DNA of 64,000 bases from a phage. The position numbers and the translations under genes were made by a program. Shown one piece after another: positions 52,176 to 59,870 of the stretch. Location of the stretch: NCBI GenBank assembly GCA_026188615.1, contig GCA_026188615.1_4525.1, one strand, 5' to 3'. The notes under the pieces were generated by a model. That model had not been told where the DNA came from and did no database searches. It saw only the letters and a list, made by a program, of their open reading frames with translations. Numbering within the stretch: the first letter of the stretch is position 1; every line of letters starts with the position of its first letter.

Positions 52176-52448
52176 TTAGTTGTTAGAATACATCGTCAAA
52201 TGGCGATAAATATTTTCAAAACCTTCATTGAATTCACTAATCAGTGTTTTCTTTTCTTCGGCAGTTAAATTTGTAATTAGTTTTCTGAACGAATTCTGAT
52301 TTAGCTGCCGACCATCTTTTTTAATTCCAATCTCATTCAAGAATCCGATGAAATTTGCTCGGTCTTCAACAATATCTTCCCTCGAGAATTTAATCAAAAT
52401 AGAAGCAACCGTAATAATTTCACGTACAATTTCAATATCTTTATTCAT
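52176..52448 (-). CDS. asiA: AsiA anti-sigma-70 factor
   Basis: 90 aa; near-colinear with T4 AsiA (MNK.I..VREIITVASILIKFSREDIVE.RANFI.FLNEIG). Confidence 0.85.
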   Translation of the reverse strand: MNKDIEIVREIITVASILIKFSREDIVEDRANFIGFLNEIGIKKDGRQLNQNSFRKLITNLTAEEKKTLISEFNEGFENIYRHLTMYSNN

Positions 52449-52482
52449 AACGTTTTATTCATTCCATTTGGTTGATATGAGT

Positions 52483-52512
52483 ATAGTACCATTATCAGTG
52501 TTGATTGTAAAC
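52483..52512 (-). promoter_or_regulatory. Early promoter for asiA (GTTTAC, 18 bp, TACTAT)
   Basis: Read directly on the minus strand. Confidence 0.5.
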
Positions 52513-52710
52513 AGCTTTTTCTACACTTTTAACGTAATCAGTGTAGTCTTCCTGTTCATACGAGTGTAAGGCCAAGAATGCGGCTAATAGTTCATTATAG
52601 ACTAAAGCCTCACGCTCACGTTCTGCCTCTACTACGTTCTGAAGATTATGGCTCATATCATTCCTTATAACTATCAATGTAGTCCTGTATGTCAAAGAAT
52701 GACATTTCAT
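52495..52710 (-). CDS. Hypothetical ORF, 71 aa (uncertain; overlaps the next ORF and the asiA promoter)
   Basis: ORF in track; likely shorter (internal start) or non-coding. Confidence 0.3.
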   Translation of the reverse strand: MKCHSLTYRTTLIVIRNDMSHNLQNVVEAEREREALVYNELLAAFLALHSYEQEDYTDYVKSVEKAVYNQH

Positions 52711-52945
52711 ATTCTAGGGCATTAAGAGCCCGTTCTTCAGTATAGTCAGAACCAAAGACGATAGTGATTTCACCAGGCTTCATGTGATTGAAATCCACAC
52801 TAAAAGGAATACGAGAACATACTTCGTCTGCCATATCTGCAACAACACTACAATACACTTCTCGGTTAACCTGATAAAGCTCTGCAAGTTCTTCGCATCG
52901 AATAACAAGTTCAGTGGCAGGATTTTCTTTGATTTTAGTAAGCAT
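52658..52945 (-). CDS. Acidic protein, 95 aa; possibly Arn-like by size, charge and position
   Basis: Highly acidic; lies in the asiA-motA interval where T4 encodes arn; identity not verifiable here. Confidence 0.35.
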   Translation of the reverse strand: MLTKIKENPATELVIRCEELAELYQVNREVYCSVVADMADEVCSRIPFSVDFNHMKPGEITIVFGSDYTEERALNALEYEMSFFDIQDYIDSYKE

Positions 52946-53019
52946 AGTCTTTACCCTTATGTTTTTGTTTGCGTTTAGATTGAAGTTCTGATTTCTTCTT
53001 GTCCTTATGGACAGAAGCC

Positions 53020-53247
53020 TTATTGAAATCGTGTTTTGCTACAAGATTGTTCATAATGATTTATAACCTCATTTAAACATTTATCGGTAAAAGAAAACTT
53101 TTTAGCCACAGAACATTCGATAATGTGTTCTTTCAAATCTTTAGAGTCAGTATAACCCATCTCAGTAATAAAGTGGCGAATTAAAGCTTTATTCTTATCA
53201 TTAACAGAATTAAAATAATCTGCTTTAGAATCAATTATTCTCATCAT
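53020..53247 (-). CDS. Hypothetical protein, 75 aa
   Basis: ORF in track. Confidence 0.4.
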   Translation of the reverse strand: MMRIIDSKADYFNSVNDKNKALIRHFITEMGYTDSKDLKEHIIECSVAKKFSFTDKCLNEVINHYEQSCSKTRFQ

Positions 53248-53512
53248 CTAATTTCCTTAACTGATATTGCAATGAGCTAATAATTTCTTCGTTCATTTTA
53301 ATATACATGTCACGCAAGAAAGGTTTTAACCCTTCACGAATAATTGCTAATGTATCACCTTTACATAAATTAACCAAATAAGGATGATCTAAAGCGTCCC
53401 AACCAGGCTGATTAGCATACATGCCATAGTTTTCTTCCATCATATGATTAAGACGTTTGATATCTTGGATGCGTGATTCAATAGCGTCTTTCTGGAGTTG
53501 TTTAATATTCAT
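53231..53512 (-). CDS. Hypothetical protein, 93 aa
   Basis: ORF in track. Confidence 0.4.
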   Translation of the reverse strand: MNIKQLQKDAIESRIQDIKRLNHMMEENYGMYANQPGWDALDHPYLVNLCKGDTLAIIREGLKPFLRDMYIKMNEEIISSLQYQLRKLDDENN

Positions 53513-53973
53513 TAGTAAAGGTCCTCTGAATAAAGTTCTTTCTCACTTCCACCACGTTCAATACGTACCTGTCCAGCATACGTTGCAATAATCATTGCTT
53601 CTTCACGAGTCCAGTAATTAGAGTATTGGTCAATAAAGCCTTGGTCGTCGCCACAAACTTGTTGAGAGACTAATTGAGGACCAACTATATCAAGTACTTC
53701 AGCCATATCTTTAGAGTAATGACGAACTCCAGGAATAACCAGAGTTCCACCACTCTTCAATTTAAATCTATTAGCTGCACATACTATAACACGTTGAACT
53801 TTTTGGTCATTATTCCAATAACACGTTTGCCAACAGATTTCAGGAACTTCATTCATTACATCATCAGCAGAATAATTATAACCGTAGGACTGGAATTTTT
53901 CTGCTAGACTTTCAGGAGTCTCACGAGACAAGGCCAAATCTAATAGCTCTAAACGTTCTTTAAATGATTTCAT
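53512..53973 (-). CDS. Hypothetical protein, 153 aa
   Basis: ORF in track. Confidence 0.45.
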   Translation of the reverse strand: MKSFKERLELLDLALSRETPESLAEKFQSYGYNYSADDVMNEVPEICWQTCYWNNDQKVQRVIVCAANRFKLKSGGTLVIPGVRHYSKDMAEVLDIVGPQLVSQQVCGDDQGFIDQYSNYWTREEAMIIATYAGQVRIERGGSEKELYSEDLY

Positions 53974-54299
53974 TTAAACCATTCCTTAATACGTTGCCAA
54001 ATAGATTTTTGTGCTTGTTTATTTACACCAATCGAACGAATAACTGGTTGTGACTGCTGGTATTCTTTATAATCTTCTTTATAGATTTCGTAAGCTGCAT
54101 CAACAAATGAACTGATCGCTGCCATGTAGTTTTTACGAAGGCCAAACGGCGCGTCATTATTTTCACGAATAACCGTATATTGGCCTGCTTTAATCTTTAC
54201 AATTGTCCCTAAATAAGCCCCGTGGTACCAAATATCCCATCCTTCCTGAGTAGGTTCTGCACATTTACGAAGTTCGTTAATAATATTCAGCTTATTCAT
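53970..54299 (-). CDS. Hypothetical protein, 109 aa
   Basis: ORF in track; coupled to the downstream ORF. Confidence 0.45.
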   Translation of the reverse strand: MNKLNIINELRKCAEPTQEGWDIWYHGAYLGTIVKIKAGQYTVIRENNDAPFGLRKNYMAAISSFVDAAYEIYKEDYKEYQQSQPVIRSIGVNKQAQKSIWQRIKEWFK

Positions 54300-54309
54300 T
54301 ATGTATTCC

Positions 54310-54942
54310 TCACAGTACGTTAGTTACAAGGGTAATGATTTCTTTGGACACATTAGGGAAGTCAATGTAAGTATATTTACCACCGATCTTAATCTTAACA
54401 TCATTTTCAAGAGAAGTAAACAGCTTTGATTCAGTTTCTGACATGTTGTATGCAAAGATTCTAAGAGCGCCATCTCGACGAATTTCGATCTGACGAATAC
54501 CTAGAACTCGTTTTGCAAATCGAACTTCTAAGTTACTACGGTTTTCACCAATTTCTTTAACTTCAACTTTATCTTTAATATTTTCAAAAACAAAGTTTGC
54601 TAATTCATGCATTTCAGGAGTAACTCCACGTGCTTTTCTAGTGTTACGTTTCTGAAGAAGTTCTGGAGCATTTTCTTGGGCAAAGAGGTCTGCAGCTTTT
54701 TGGATAATATCCATTGCTTCACCTGTTGCTATAAGTCCATCACCGGATTTTTCGACTAAACCTTTCTTAATCAATACACCGATGTTAGAGTTAACAACTG
54801 ATGCATTGTATTCCGCTTCCAGAGCTTCACGGACATTGGCAGCAGTGGTGAAGTTGTTCTTAATGATATAAACCATTATTGCAGCAGTTTTTTCATTCAG
54901 AGCGTTTTCAGAAGCTTTGATGATGTAAGTAACTTTAGACAT
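54310..54942 (-). CDS. motA: MotA middle-transcription activator
   Basis: 210 aa; N-terminal region colinear with T4 MotA (MSKVTYIIKAS...VVNSNIGVLIKKGLVEKSGDGLI). Confidence 0.8.
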   Translation of the reverse strand: MSKVTYIIKASENALNEKTAAIMVYIIKNNFTTAANVREALEAEYNASVVNSNIGVLIKKGLVEKSGDGLIATGEAMDIIQKAADLFAQENAPELLQKRNTRKARGVTPEMHELANFVFENIKDKVEVKEIGENRSNLEVRFAKRVLGIRQIEIRRDGALRIFAYNMSETESKLFTSLENDVKIKIGGKYTYIDFPNVSKEIITLVTNVL

Positions 54943-54980
54943 TTTATTTCTCCAATTTGGTTGTTTTGTTTTGATAGGTC

Positions 54981-55010
54981 TATAATATCACGTTTGAAGC
55001 ACATGTAAAC
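54981..55010 (-). promoter_or_regulatory. Early promoter for motA
   Basis: Minus strand GTTTAC, 18 bp, ATTATA. Confidence 0.45.
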
Positions 55011-55025
55011 TGTTTTGTGAGAAAA

Positions 55026-55052
55026 AATGCGCAAAAGGGAGCCGAAGCTCCC
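55026..55052 (-). terminator. Intrinsic terminator downstream of gene 52 (gggagc-UUCG-gctccc plus U-run)
   Basis: Seen directly. Confidence 0.6.
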
Positions 55053-55128
55053 TAATCGTGATTGTCCAGCCAATACAGCCAAATCACTAGTGCAGCTATT
55101 GCACCGAGAAATCCTAAGGCTAGGGCAC

Positions 55129-56454
55129 TCAAAGTGCCTCCAAGTCTTTAGTGTACTCTGTCACAACATCAGTAGACTTCCAATACTCATTTTCTTCTTT
55201 CTTAGCTTTAGCTTCTTCTGCTAGTTTACGTGCTTCGTCAGAAGTGATATGGAAGATGTTAAGACCGACTAGTTTATCGACGTGTTCTTTATACATTTCG
55301 ATTTGTGCTAGCTCTTCAGTCAAAGCTTTACGAGTCTTGCCTTGAATCACAATTTCGCCACTGATAACTTTTTTGATGAAGTGTGCCTTAGCAAAAGCAA
55401 GTTTAAATGCTTTTTCAGATTCAAGGATTTTGTTGTCAATACGTTTCTGAACGTAAGTCTTACGGACTTCAACAAAATCTTTGATTAAATCCACTACGTT
55501 ATCGTAGACAGCTAATTTACCCTTTTCATTAATCACTGTGATGTTTTGTGAACGACGTTCGATGAGACTAAAATCTTTCATGATTTTTTCATGACGTAGC
55601 TCTTCATCATCAGGAAGCGAGTACTCTTTACGGAACTTCACCTTAAACCCAAAGCCGTGTTCACCACAATCATCTTCCCACGAGATTAGACCTTTATCTT
55701 CTAATGGGTCAAGAACCTTACTCACATACGTTTCACGGTCAAATTTATATGGGATTTCAGTTATCTGCATTTGAGTACGAGATGTGAACTTATATGTTCC
55801 GTGAATCTCATAACGCCCATCAACTTCATGCACTTCACCACGGAATTCCGGGAATTCAACTTTTGGCTTAGTGACATTTTTACCTTGAAGAGCTTGTAAT
55901 ACAGCCTTTTTGACTGATTTAAAACTATGAGGCAGAATATTTGTTGCGTAACCGGTTGCAATACCAGAGACACCATTCAAAAGAACTGTCGGAATAATAG
56001 GAAGATAGAATTTTGGTGGAATGTGTTCTTTATCTTCATGAGCTGGAGCATATTCAGTATCTTTATATACGTTATAGAAATTTTTACTTACACGAGCAAA
56101 AATATAACGAGATGCTGCAGCTTTTTGGACTGTTCGAGAACCAAAGTTACCTTGACCATCTAATAGTGGATAGTTGTTATTCCACGTGTTAGCCATCAAT
56201 GCTCCTGCATCTTGTGCAGAAGATTCGCCGTGATGATAACCTAAATCTGCAACACCGCCTGCAATTGATGCAAGTTTATGAAATTTTTCTTTATTACCAC
56301 GAGCCAAATCTAACGCACGATGAACCACAAAACGTTGAACCGGCTTAAATCCATCAATCATGTTCGGGATTGCACGGTTTTCAACGGTGTACATCGCATA
56401 TGCTAAGGCTTCGTTATCAATAATACTTTTTAGATTACGAGAATTCAATTGCAT
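55129..56454 (-). CDS. 52: gp52 DNA topoisomerase II medium subunit (GyrA-like)
   Basis: 441 aa; GyrA-like breakage-reunion N-terminus (AMYTVENRAIPNMIDGFKPVQR, active-site region RYIFARV). Confidence 0.9.
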   Translation of the reverse strand: MQLNSRNLKSIIDNEALAYAMYTVENRAIPNMIDGFKPVQRFVVHRALDLARGNKEKFHKLASIAGGVADLGYHHGESSAQDAGALMANTWNNNYPLLDGQGNFGSRTVQKAAASRYIFARVSKNFYNVYKDTEYAPAHEDKEHIPPKFYLPIIPTVLLNGVSGIATGYATNILPHSFKSVKKAVLQALQGKNVTKPKVEFPEFRGEVHEVDGRYEIHGTYKFTSRTQMQITEIPYKFDRETYVSKVLDPLEDKGLISWEDDCGEHGFGFKVKFRKEYSLPDDEELRHEKIMKDFSLIERRSQNITVINEKGKLAVYDNVVDLIKDFVEVRKTYVQKRIDNKILESEKAFKLAFAKAHFIKKVISGEIVIQGKTRKALTEELAQIEMYKEHVDKLVGLNIFHITSDEARKLAEEAKAKKEENEYWKSTDVVTEYTKDLEAL

Positions 56455-56458
56455 ATTT

Positions 56459-56599
56459 TCACCATATTAATGAACGAATAACCATTATAACATCTGAAAT
56501 GAAAAGCACTACTTGGATTAGTCCAAACATCACACCGTAGTACAGAACCGTAAGCAACAACAAGAGCCCGAAGGCTCCTGCTAAGATTTTCTTAATCAT
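56459..56599 (-). CDS. Small hydrophobic (membrane) peptide, 46 aa
   Basis: Hand translation MIKKILAGAFGLLLLLTVLYYGVMFGLIQVVLF...; its ATG overlaps the stop of the upstream small ORF (TAATG). Confidence 0.35.
   Translation of the reverse strand: MIKKILAGAFGLLLLLTVLYYGVMFGLIQVVLFISDVIMVIRSLIW
56484..56508 (-). promoter_or_regulatory. Candidate middle promoter for gene 52 (imperfect MotA box TGCTTTT, 12 bp, TATAAT)
   Basis: Motif read on the minus strand; MotA box deviates at the last position. Confidence 0.3.
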
Positions 56600-56745
56600 T
56601 ACTCGCCTTTTAATACGTTAAGAAGAGCTAAGACCGCTAAGGTACCTTGTGATACAGCCTGTTGAAATACTGTTGTTTCACCTGTAACTAAAGTGCTAAC
56701 GAATAAAAACGACCAACACAACAATGCAATAATCCATGCTACCAT
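56599..56745 (-). CDS. Small membrane protein, 48 aa (MVAWIIALLCWSFLFVSTLV...), position comparable to T4 ac
   Basis: Hand translation; SD GAGGT 8 nt upstream; single predicted transmembrane helix. Confidence 0.4.
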   Translation of the reverse strand: MVAWIIALLCWSFLFVSTLVTGETTVFQQAVSQGTLAVLALLNVLKGE

Positions 56746-56797
56746 TTTAATTACCTCACAAATAAATTAAAGGCCTAACTTAATAGGCCTGTATAAA

Positions 56798-57244
56798 TTA
56801 GTAACTCTGCAGAATTAATTTGAAATTATCAGCCAGAAGACGGTTCATTTCAGTGAGTGTTTGATATTCTGATGTATGGTTGCGAGTGAATGCCAGAGCC
56901 AATTGACCTTTACCATAACCAGTGGTCAGTGGTTTCATGTTCTTAGCTGCAACAAAGATTACATCATATTCAATATTGTTAGTGCCCATGGTACGGGCTA
57001 GTTGCGAACGGCCTTGACGAATGTGAGAAAGAATTGCATCCAACCCTTGTTTAGAACGTTGACGTCCTACAAAGAATCGTGCTGCTACTTGTCGCCAATC
57101 AGATGAACCTTTAACGAAGAAGTAAAAACCTTCACGAGAACGAAACTCTTTAGAAACTTCAGAACCGTATTCGCCATTACGAACTACTGCAACAACTTCA
57201 CCGCCAACTGCCAGAAGGTCTTTACGAGTTAAATATTTGGACAT
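56798..57244 (-). CDS. ndd: Ndd-like protein (nucleoid disruption), 148 aa
   Basis: Size and position after gene 52 match T4 ndd; basic protein; identity not verified. Confidence 0.45.
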   Translation of the reverse strand: MSKYLTRKDLLAVGGEVVAVVRNGEYGSEVSKEFRSREGFYFFVKGSSDWRQVAARFFVGRQRSKQGLDAILSHIRQGRSQLARTMGTNNIEYDVIFVAAKNMKPLTTGYGKGQLALAFTRNHTSEYQTLTEMNRLLADNFKLILQSY

Positions 57245-57288
57245 GCTAATTTCCTCAATTGATTAATGTTTTTGTAATCCATGAGAGC

Positions 57289-57318
57289 ATTATACTCTGC
57301 TCTCAAGAGTTTGTACAA
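57289..57318 (-). promoter_or_regulatory. Early-promoter cassette (TTGTAC, 18 bp, TATAAT), near-duplicate of 26860..26889
   Basis: Read directly on the minus strand. Confidence 0.5.
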
Positions 57319-57320
57319 TT

Positions 57321-57521
57321 TTATTCGGCTATATCAGAACGTTCAAAAAGCTCTTCAACAGTTAAACATTCAGTGTCATCTTCAATAAAGAATCGAGTCC
57401 AACACGTTGGGGCGATACAGTTATGAGTTTGTCCGGCGATAGAAGCTACACGAATAAGCTGCTGACCATTATTCAGAACAAATTTTTCACCAATTTCAAC
57501 ATCTTTAAAAAGCTTAGCCAT
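57321..57521 (-). CDS. Hypothetical protein, 66 aa
   Basis: ORF in track. Confidence 0.45.
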   Translation of the reverse strand: MAKLFKDVEIGEKFVLNNGQQLIRVASIAGQTHNCIAPTCWTRFFIEDDTECLTVEELFERSDIAE

Positions 57522-57549
57522 TTTGTGTTCCTCATGTTTCAGTAGGACT

Positions 57550-57579
57550 ACTATACCATAATCCTACTGTGTTGTAAAC
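57550..57579 (-). promoter_or_regulatory. Early-promoter cassette with inverted repeat (gtaggact / aatcctac)
   Basis: Minus strand GTTTAC, 18 bp, TATAGT. Confidence 0.5.
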
Positions 57580-57771
57580 AATTAAATTACATTAAAATAT
57601 GTTAAAGCCAACCATGTTCCAGTGAACGAACATGCAATGTAAAAAACCGTATCACAAAATGTTCTTAGTACAATAAGAAGTGCATTTTTCATAAGTACCT
57701 CAACACAATTGAAAATATTATACAAATCATTGGGATACTAAGCAACCATATTCCTATCCACATTTTAGAGC

Positions 57772-58035
57772 TCATATCTCAACTTCCGTGAGTTCCATAT
57801 ATCCTTTGTTGATAACCTCTTTAAGGTCTTTAGAAAGAATAACGTTAAAATGGTCGTTCATATGTCCGTTAACTAAACGAGTTATTTCGGCTTCAGATGA
57901 CATATAAGGCACGTCTGAGTCCCAATGAGATAGACCCAAATGGGTGTAAATCATCCCTTCGTCATCTGCAGTGTTGTACATTGAAACAAATTCGCCTGTT
58001 ACTTTATGTTTTGCGTAGAAAAATTTAAATTTCAT
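57772..58035 (-). CDS. Hypothetical protein, 87 aa
   Basis: ORF in track. Confidence 0.45.
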   Translation of the reverse strand: MKFKFFYAKHKVTGEFVSMYNTADDEGMIYTHLGLSHWDSDVPYMSSEAEITRLVNGHMNDHFNVILSKDLKEVINKGYMELTEVEI

Positions 58036-58061
58036 GATGTTATCCTCTTTTAGATAGGACT

Positions 58062-58091
58062 ACTATATCATAGTCCTACTTAGTTGTAAAC
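58062..58091 (-). promoter_or_regulatory. Early-promoter cassette with inverted repeat (taggact / agtccta)
   Basis: Minus strand GTTTAC, 18 bp, TATAGT. Confidence 0.5.
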
Positions 58092-58103
58092 ACTTTTATG
58101 AAA

Positions 58104-58724
58104 TTAAAGATGAAGATACCACCCGTTGTAGTTGCTCTTGCGGACGATTTTCTTTAGGTCTTCATGGTCTCCCACGAACTTTATAGAATAAGAGAAGACG
58201 TCAGGTGAGGTTTCTTTGACATCTAATATAATAATGCAATCTGCGACTCGATGATTCAAGAAGGGCCCTATATTGATTCCATTACCACCCGGATAATCAC
58301 CACTGTATCCTGTGGTAACCGAAATCCATTTCGAATCCATCTGATGGGTCTTTACTTCTACGCGTAGACCACAGTACTTAGGATGAGCTAAAACGTCCCA
58401 TGCATACGTGTACGGGTCTTCTACGTCTTCATTACCTTTATTAACATATCCGTCTAGCCAATTTGCTACTACATACTCTGCAAAGACTGCAACCTTACAA
58501 CGTCGAACAACGTCTTCTTTTATTTGACCTGGTTCTTGTTTCAACGAGTACCGAGCAGTATCAGCGATCTTAACCTTCATTTCGCTAGTCAAAAACTCAT
58601 TCGACAGGATAAATGTCGGAAGACTCTTCAGCCTCAACAGTCCCAAGTTCGTCTTTACCATAGATACCTCTAATGTGTAGTTCGCCAAAATAAATGCGGT
58701 CACCTTCTTCAAGATATTCTGCAT
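58104..58724 (-). CDS. Hypothetical protein in the denB-equivalent position; start uncertain (158 to 206 aa)
   Basis: Track ORF overlaps the upstream ORF by 128 nt; an internal start at 58580 (MKVKIADTARY) would remove the overlap but lacks a clear Shine-Dalgarno. Confidence 0.4.
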   Translation of the reverse strand: MQNILKKVTAFILANYTLEVSMVKTNLGLLRLKSLPTFILSNEFLTSEMKVKIADTARYSLKQEPGQIKEDVVRRCKVAVFAEYVVANWLDGYVNKGNEDVEDPYTYAWDVLAHPKYCGLRVEVKTHQMDSKWISVTTGYSGDYPGGNGINIGPFLNHRVADCIIILDVKETSPDVFSYSIKFVGDHEDLKKIVRKSNYNGWYLHL

Positions 58725-58884
58725 CTACCGGCGGAATTTCAATAACAACTTCGTCGCATTCTAACCAGCCGTAGTGTGCATCACCAGGATGTTTTACCAA
58801 TTTAGCGCAATACACTGATTTACATTTATGATGGCCACGAAGATTAGCGATTTTGGATTCTGATACGTCAAATGGATGAATCAT
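58597..58884 (-). CDS. Hypothetical Cys/His-containing protein, 95 aa
   Basis: ORF in track. Confidence 0.4.
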   Translation of the reverse strand: MIHPFDVSESKIANLRGHHKCKSVYCAKLVKHPGDAHYGWLECDEVVIEIPPVDAEYLEEGDRIYFGELHIRGIYGKDELGTVEAEESSDIYPVE

Positions 58885-58897
58885 AATTACCCCTAAA

Positions 58898-58920
58898 GAA
58901 AAAAGGGGACCGAAGTCCCC
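58898..58920 (-). terminator. Intrinsic terminator downstream of rIIB (ggggac-UUCG-gtcccc plus U-run)
   Basis: Seen directly. Confidence 0.6.
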
Positions 58921-58925
58921 AATTA

Positions 58926-59861
58926 TTATTCTGCAAATAATTCAGTAACGTCTGAAATTACTTCATAACGACATGTACGCATCTTAGCATCACCATAGTC
59001 AACTGGGATGGATACAACATCACGTGGATGAACTTTAACTTTCACAACTTTATCTGAGCTTGAACCAAAGTGGCGAATATAAGATTTAGCACAAACATGT
59101 AGACCGCGAGAACAGGTTTGTGTATCATCATCGTTAACACGAGTACGAGGCATTGAAACAACTTTACCTGGGGAGTTATCAAATGTACCACTATAGCAGT
59201 CTAAATAGTCCTTACGAACTACTTTCCACGCATAGAAATGACCATCTTCAGTGATTTCAATATCGTTTGCAACCAAGAAGTCGAATAAACGTTGTACAGC
59301 TTTTTCGCTTGGGTTTTCTAACAGGTTTTCAAGGAATGGCAGATAGAATTTAAAGTCTTCACCTTTTTCCATAGAATCAATAATACGGTTAACCAGCCCT
59401 GAACGAATCTCTATACCTTGATAAAATAAACTACCACCTTCAATAACAACATTACCGTCAACAAACTTACTAATAGCTTTCTTGATGTTAATAAGTTCGA
59501 CAGCTTTACTAAGGTTTCCTGCGACCAGATTAGCTTTAATTTCTTCAAAATTTGCATGACTTGATGGGGTCGCATTGTATGCTACGCGTCCTTCAATTAT
59601 TGAAATAAATTTAGATGACGCGTTCCATACGATTTCAGGACGGTGTCCGCCGATAATAGGTTCATCATTTTCTGGGACCTGTTCTTCGTCTTCAAATTCA
59701 GCTGCTTTCTCTTCAGCTTTAAAATTCTTAACAATCTTACGAAGAGTATCTGTTGAAATGTCAAAGTAATCGGCAATTTCTTTACGGGTCCATTTGCCTG
59801 ATTCAACCAGGCCGTAAGCTTCTAACTGTTCTTCTTTGGACAAGCATTTGATATTGTACAT
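58926..59861 (-). CDS. rIIB: rIIB
   Basis: 311 aa; near-colinear with T4 rIIB (MYNIKCL...CSRGLHVC.KSYIRHFGSS.D.VVKVKVHPRDVVSIP). Confidence 0.85.
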   Translation of the reverse strand: MYNIKCLSKEEQLEAYGLVESGKWTRKEIADYFDISTDTLRKIVKNFKAEEKAAEFEDEEQVPENDEPIIGGHRPEIVWNASSKFISIIEGRVAYNATPSSHANFEEIKANLVAGNLSKAVELINIKKAISKFVDGNVVIEGGSLFYQGIEIRSGLVNRIIDSMEKGEDFKFYLPFLENLLENPSEKAVQRLFDFLVANDIEITEDGHFYAWKVVRKDYLDCYSGTFDNSPGKVVSMPRTRVNDDDTQTCSRGLHVCAKSYIRHFGSSSDKVVKVKVHPRDVVSIPVDYGDAKMRTCRYEVISDVTELFAE

Positions 59862-59870
59862 AATGTTTCC

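Noticed and set aside
54897-55082. 61-aa minus-strand ORF between gene 52 and motA
   Set aside because: Runs straight through the terminator hairpin and the motA promoter and relies on a TTG start; an alternative frame encodes a hydrophobic 26-residue stretch but has no ATG, so nothing is called here.
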